A stretch of DNA of 63,906 nucleotides, filler included. It is 6 parts of 6 records of this genome, joined end to end, with 100 filler letters (N's around TTAATTAATTAA, not from the genome) between each part and the next. Parts side by side here need not be neighbours in the genome. Positions count along the whole stretch, not along the records: positions 58,161 to 63,906 come from SRR2962707_2202; 5 more parts are not named here. One strand, 5' to 3'. Within the stretch, counting starts at the first letter, position 1, and each line of letters opens with the position of its first letter. A program made the translations under genes and the position numbers. Positions 58,162 to 63,906 of the stretch are shown here, in pieces. The notes below the pieces were generated by a model. That model saw only the letters and a program-made list of their open reading frames with translations. It ran no database searches and was not told the origin of the DNA.

Positions 58162-61100
58162 AGCAACAACAGCAGCAGCAGCAACAACAAGAAGGCAGGT
58201 GGAGCGAACGCAAAGCCAGCGTCTCCATCATCTACCTCGGCGGCCGTCTCGGCGGCTGCTGCTGCGTCAGCTGCACGGCGGAGCGCAGCGGGTACCTCGG
58301 GCAGCGCGCCAAATGCTGTCGAAACTGAAAACTCCCGCCAGCGCAACCGGCTGTACGAGCGGATTATCCACTCGGAGCGCGACTATGGGACGCACTTGTC
58401 CAAGGTCCTGTCCTTTGTGGTCGAGCCAATGCGAGTGGCGCGGAGCGCGCCCAAAGGTTTCGAGACGCTGATTCGCTGCTTCACGGACGTGCTGGACAGC
58501 CACCGGGCCATCCTTCACTACGTTCACAGCAACGTCGAAACCCGCCCGTCTCGGGTTGTGTCAAATGCGTTCATCAAGCACGTGCACACTCTAAAAAGCT
58601 ACGCCAGGTACTTTGTGCAGTTTCCAAGCTTCCTCGGAGCTGCGCGCAAATGCCTCGGGGACTTGAGGACGCTGGCAGCAGATGACACGTTCAAAGGGGC
58701 CACGCTCCCAGTGATTCTGTTTCGACCGGTGTTGCGGCTGTATGAGTACGAGTTTTACCTGTCCAACCTTCTGTACTTCACCGAGCGAACGCATCAGTTC
58801 CACGGGTCTTTCCAGAAAGCTCACTCATTCGCGCTTTCTGCGTTGAAGGAGCTGCAGTCTGTCATGCAGAAAGATAAGGCGCACCACGTTGGTGACTTGA
58901 TGAAAGTGTGTGACCAGCTTCAAATTCCCAGCTTGATCCTGCCAGGCAGACGGTACAATTCCACTTGGAGTGTGGTGAACTGTGCCATCAATGGCGCAAA
59001 GGAAGACCTCTTCGGCCAGGCGGATCTGCACATCTTCACAGACATGGTGTGTCTGGTCCCAGTTTCAAGGAAGCCTGCTAGCCAGGAAGCCATCGCCCGA
59101 CGTGACATGCTCGCTCCAGAGCTTGTGCTCTACCATTGTGATCTCACAGCGGTAAAAGTGCAAGCCACGAAGCCCTCTCAAGCTGGGCAGCCCAGCGGGA
59201 GCGGCACAGTCAGCATCCACCTCAATGACCCTTTTCGGAAGGCACCCGTCGTCTACAAACTGCTTTTTTCCCAACGCACGGAAGCGTCTGACTTTGTGAT
59301 GGCCTTTCAGGCCCTCCTGCGGGCCCCGGAGGTCAAGTTTGGTCTGCCCGCTCCCGTTGCGACATATCCGGCAGTGCAGTTTTTCCTGGCACCCCCGCGA
59401 CCCGGAGGAGATAAAAAAGGCAGTGGGCATAGAAATAGCAATAGCAGCACGAGCACTAGCTCAAGTTCCGGGTCGGGTTCCGGGTCGGGTGCCGCGTTCG
59501 CGGGCGCCTCAACCTCTTCCAGTGGCATTGGTGCTGGTGCAGAAGAGAAACCAAAGGCAAAGACGCGCAACTGGGCCAGCCGCCGCAACAATAAGAGCGG
59601 TTCAGCAACGAAGGGAAGTGCTGCAGGTGATTTCAAGAAATCTGCCGAAAAAACGATTGTGGGGACTTCCCAAAGTCGAAAGAAGGCGGCTGCCGCTGGT
59701 GGTGGCGCCCCTTCGTCTACACCAGAGTTGCAGCGACGCACAACAGTCGATAGCGATGCCAGTAGTGGCGGTGGTGATGACAATAGTGGAGCTGCGTCCC
59801 CGAACAAGTCGCCCGAGGAGCGTAACAAAGACTGCCTGTACCGATTGCACATTTACCGGGAACTTATTTCCACAGAGCAGACGTACGTGGCCAACCTGAA
59901 GGTGCTCGTGGAGGAGTTTAAACACAACATGCGCGACCAGCAGCTCGTTGACCTCGGAACCTTGAACAAGATTTTCGGTGCGAGTGAGGAGATTCTGGGG
60001 GTCAACTCCAAGCTGGCTGAGTCGATTCTGGGGGCATCCGTTTCCGCCGTGGCGGCGCAGGACCCGAAAACAGGGAAAGTGGACTTCAATGCGGAGGCCC
60101 GCAGCGCGAGTGTCATCCTCAAGGCCTTCGCCGAGCTGCTGCCATATCTGAAAATGTACGGGACGTACTGCAACTCCTACCCGGCAGCGCTGGCGTGCGT
60201 GGATGAAGCCTCTAAACAGAACGAGCGGGTGAAGAAGTTTATTGAAAAGAAGACAAAGCAATTGGGTATGAACCTGGATTCATACCTGATTCTGCCCGCG
60301 CAACGCTTCTGCAAGTACCCACTTTTCTTCCGCGACATTCTGGCACACACGCCACCTGACCATCCCTGCTTCAAAGTGGTCAAGGAGGTAAAATCGGCCA
60401 TGGAGATCCGCGCTCGAGAAGTAAACGAGCTTGTGTCAAACTACCAACGCCGACAGCGCGTGGCTGAAATTCAGCAGCGAGTGTCAGGCGTTGACAAACT
60501 GCTCAAAGCTGATCGTTTGTAAGTGCATGCACGTTGTTGTGTGTGCACGCGACTGCGCACACATACTTGGCCTTGAACATGCGTGCCTGCACATGGATTG
60601 AAAGTGTGGCCACTGATTACGCATGGCCGGCCTTTCCACTATTTTGCAGGTATTTGAACGACTTTAAGGTGCAATTGCTGCGTGCTGACGGCACAGGGCG
60701 CGAGAAATGGAAGAAAGTGACGTTGTTTGTGTTTTCCGATGTGTTGGTGGTGGCCAAGCCCGACAAGGCACTGTTCGCCAAGAAGGGGACGCTCAAGTAC
60801 ATGAATCTTATTCGATGGGAAGAGCTTGACTTCACGAGCACTGTGTCAGCTGCAGCAGCAGGTGGAAAAGCGGCTGGTTCTGACGGCGCCAATTTGGATC
60901 TGGAGTTCACTGCGACTCAGGCAAGCGAGACCAATACAACTGTGACCAACTACCAAGTACGTTGCAAGGACATGGCACAAAAGCGCAAGGTCGAAGAGCA
61001 GTTTGGTGAACTTACACGAAACCGCACCAAGCGTTCGAGCACACTCAAAAAGAATCAACAAGTGGGGCTCAAGCAGCGAAAATGGGGCACACAGGGGACG

Positions 61101-61247
61101 CGTGTTACATGGCGTCGCGGACAGAAAAAACAGGCGGAATCGGAAGCTGAAGAAGGAGCAGCCGGCGGTGGCACTGCAGGCAGCCATGCGTCTGGCACGT
61201 ATGGCACCTTGGAAATTTTCAATCGCTACAAAAAGGAGTCTGAGTGA
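58162..61247 (+). CDS. Eukaryotic RhoGEF with tandem DH-PH modules (5' truncated; exons <58162-60518, 60650-61247)
   Basis: DH1 IIHSERDY...LFRPVLRLYEY; PH1 LHIFTD; DH2 ELISTEQTYV...LILPAQRFCKYPLFF; PH2 LFVFSDVLVVAK; splicing restores the frame (TT+G = Leu). Confidence 0.88.
60519..60649 (+). other. Spliceosomal intron (131 nt)
   Basis: GTAAGT donor, CTGAT branch-like motif near 60613, pyrimidine tract, GCAG acceptor; frame-consistent. Confidence 0.85.
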
Positions 61248-61589
61248 GCTGAGCAGCGCGGGAAGGGGATGGCAGAGAAACCTTGTTCCGCTACAGAGCT
61301 TCATCAGGAATAGAAAGGCACAGCACTAGCGAGCACACCTCTGCGTTGCAATTAAAATAATTACTCAATTTCATCCAGCTTATTTTATTTAAACACTTGT
61401 TCATTATTATCTTTGAACTTCCATCGAACAAATCGAGGTAGCGGACAACGGATGGGTAAACGAGGTATTTACTGTATTTACGAATTTACAGTCGTCGATT
61501 GGCCAAATTCTGATTTTTCAACAATTTGTTTGGCGCTGGGTTTGACAACACAGGTCTCGAGGGACTACAGCCAAGACTCGCAGGCGCCT

Positions 61590-63696
61590 CTATGGCTTTG
61601 TGGCTGCCTCGTCAACCGTTCCAGTTCCATCAATTCGACCAATGCTGTCAATAAGATGGTTGACGTCAAGTTGCAATATGTCGGCCTGGCATCCCAGAAG
61701 AGAGCCAACGCTCGGGGTTGTGCGGCCTGGCCGGCCATGAGTGGTCGCGATTTCACGTTCAAGCGTCAAAATAACAGCTGAACAACAACATGGCGCGTTC
61801 ATCTCGCAGAGCAAATGAACAGTCATACGCACCGCGGTCGCTATGAACAAACTCTTTGATGTAGGTACCTGCTGCCGCCTATGTTCGTCCGTTGACAACA
61901 AAATTGGCATCAGCACAATAACCACAGCATTGCGTTGGGAGGTCGCAAAGTGACGCAATTTCGCGAATTCGTACCACGAGTTCGAGGATAAAGAAATGTG
62001 GGTTCAGGTAAGTTGTAGTCTGCTCCGTCCGTGTGCGGTCAATTGAATCGCACGGGCCCGTACAATGTGTGAACACATCAATTGACACAGCACATGAGCT
62101 TGAGCGATTTTAGCAGCGAAACAACAGTCTGCCCTGGCGAAACGAAACCTACCATCGAATGTATTACTTTCGGGCGCTCCATGAGACTCCGTCGATGGGC
62201 AACGCGGATTGGTGTTGTCTGAGCATGTCCAGTGAGCGTGAAAGCACGCATTTGTCAGACAATAGCAGCGGTTGCACGCAAGATCTGCTCTTCGTGAACC
62301 AACGTATTTCACAACATGAGCGGAGAGGAAATACCTGAATAACTATCAGCTCTTTCGTGGCGTCAAGCCCGGCCAAATCTGCAGGACCTTGGAGCGCCTT
62401 GGAGACCCACACTACACAACTAGCACAGTCACAGAAACAGAGTCAACACAAAGTTCTGCAAAAACGTTGAGAAAAGCGGGTGCTTCAGCGGGCGAAGTCA
62501 AACCTGTAGCTTTTGCGCTTGGTCTCCGCTCCCTCCTTCAATTGGTCAAACTCAATTGTGGCAGGGCGCAGGCTGTTCACGCGCACAAGCGTGGCTGTTG
62601 GACACTCATCTGCATTGTTCATGTGCCTTTCCAGTTTTGCGTACGCAGTTCGGTCCAAGTCTCCGATCGTTGCATCAATAAGTTCTAAGATGAACGGCCG
62701 GCCATTGCCGCACATTCGAACATTAAAGTCTTCACGGCCGGCAGAATGAAACTTAAAAGTGGTTGGACGAAACTGATCAAGGATGGGTCCTGCGAGAGCC
62801 TCTTCGACAGACGAGATTCCCTTTCGCTGGCCGTTAATCACCCAAGGAGTCTGGCTCAGCCGACGGCTGCATTTGATGTAGCGCCCAAACACTAGAACCG
62901 GTTCGCGGAAGACTCGAATGTTCACAGCAACCTGTTCCGACACGTCTTCAAGCGTGAAGCTCTGGTGGTCCTCTGGGATCACTTCTTGGGCCGAATTCTG
63001 AACGCTATTGACGAGCTCATTGCGACTAAGCGTTGACGCAGACGATGCATGTGCACCCCGTTGCTTGTTTTTGCCTCCCTTTCTGTTGAAGCGTCCCCGC
63101 TTCCTTGGATTTCGGTCAGACGAAGTACGCTGCAATAGCTGCTGCTGCAACCGACTTCGGACTTGCTTGTCAACAATGCGCACTGAAATCAATAAGGCAC
63201 CTTGCTGTCCTGGCTCCCGAGGCTGGAGGTGAGCCAACAGCGAATGATTGTTGAATGCTTCCTTGACTAATCGGCGAAATTCATCCTTTACACGCGCGAG
63301 GGAGGGAAAGGGACTGCCCGGCGTTGCTGAGCCGTTGCCAATCGGCCTTTGAATCTGCTCGAACTCTTTTGTCATAAACTCCAGCTTGTACAATGTAGCA
63401 TCATACCCACGCTCGCCGATGCACTTCGCCAGCTGATCCACTAAGCGTGCTGGCAACGAGGCTTCCTGCAACAGGCCGCAGCAACTCCGGCAAGCAGCTT
63501 CTGTGCTTGTCACTGGAGAAACTGGATTTGCGGGTTCAATAGTGCCATCGGCTGCCACATTGGACGAGGATGACGCTGCTGTCTCAGGTGCCTTCAGCAA
63601 GGCATTTACTGCGGCGGAAGGCGCAAGCTCACGGCATTTGGGACACACTGAATCGACTGCCTGTGACTGTACGGGTGCCGGCGCCGCGACCGACAT
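61590..63696 (-). CDS. PUS10: Eukaryotic tRNA pseudouridine synthase Pus10 (exons 63696-62504, 62419-62335, 62218-62153, 62019-61975, 61878-61833, 61726-61590; ~523 aa)
   Basis: CPKC/CRSC Zn motifs, GRYIK...QTPW, SAGREDFNVRM.G.GRPF, TPIRVAHRR, AGTYIKEFVH, DILQLDV; five GT-AG introns, all phase-consistent. Confidence 0.9.
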
Positions 63697-63882
63697 TGCG
63701 GAACTCGACTGAGTGCGAACGGCAGAGAGCGAAACCGGCAAAACAAACAAAAAGCGACACGAATAACAAAAAACAAAAAATAAAAAATAAACGGAAGCAG
63801 CAGTCGAAGCAAAGGGAAAGCAGCAGTTGCCTTGGCGAATCCGCAAAAAGCTGCTCTCGCTGGCGCTCGCCCGCTTTTGAGA

Positions 63883-63906
63883 CTCTCTGTCTCTCTCTCT
63901 CTCTCT
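63883..63906. repeat. (CT)n microsatellite at contig end
   Basis: CTCTCTGTCTCTCTCTCTCTCTCT. Confidence 0.85.

Noticed and set aside
58161-63906. Eukaryote-to-bacterium gene transfer of RhoGEF/Pus10
   Set aside because: The DNA is a separate contig behind a linker, with spliceosomal introns and a microsatellite.

Overview
This window is not one locus. It holds six unrelated contigs joined by artificial 100-nt linkers (N44-TTAATTAATTAA-N44). (1) 1-13906: Rhodobacteraceae core genes (ycjX/GNAT/ycjF, truA, gnd, NUDIX, Pit, ketopantoate reductase-like, argF, argD, gcrA, RimJ-like, M16 peptidase, partial thrC). An unannotated Arg-rich leader peptide sits upstream of argD. (2) 14007-35786: Rhodobacteraceae accessory region. 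In ~14.9-24.2 kb, unrelated cargo genes are separated by co-oriented degenerate ~62-bp repeats ending TGGGCCG. The cargo includes a 30-aa TatA-like micropeptide and a diverged duplicate of the neighbouring gene's 3' end. A 10.9-kb IclR-associated catabolic cluster follows, built around a PcaG/PcaH-like dioxygenase whose carboxylate-binding residues appear replaced by Asp. (3) 35887-43986: Marinobacter-like gammaproteobacterial contig (modABC, crp, osmC-like, speD). (4) 44087-51937: Rhodobacteraceae Liv-type ABC transporter, acyl-CoA ligase, accB and accC. (5) 52038-58060: another alphaproteobacterium, possibly Thalassospira-like (VOC, hydrolase, GT2, AbrB, GAF-MCP, DMT). (6) 58161-63906: eukaryotic DNA with a spliced tandem DH-PH RhoGEF and a six-exon Pus10 gene. 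Taxonomic labels are impressions from gene content and protein style, not search results. I found no rRNA, tRNA, CRISPR array or transposase/integrase.
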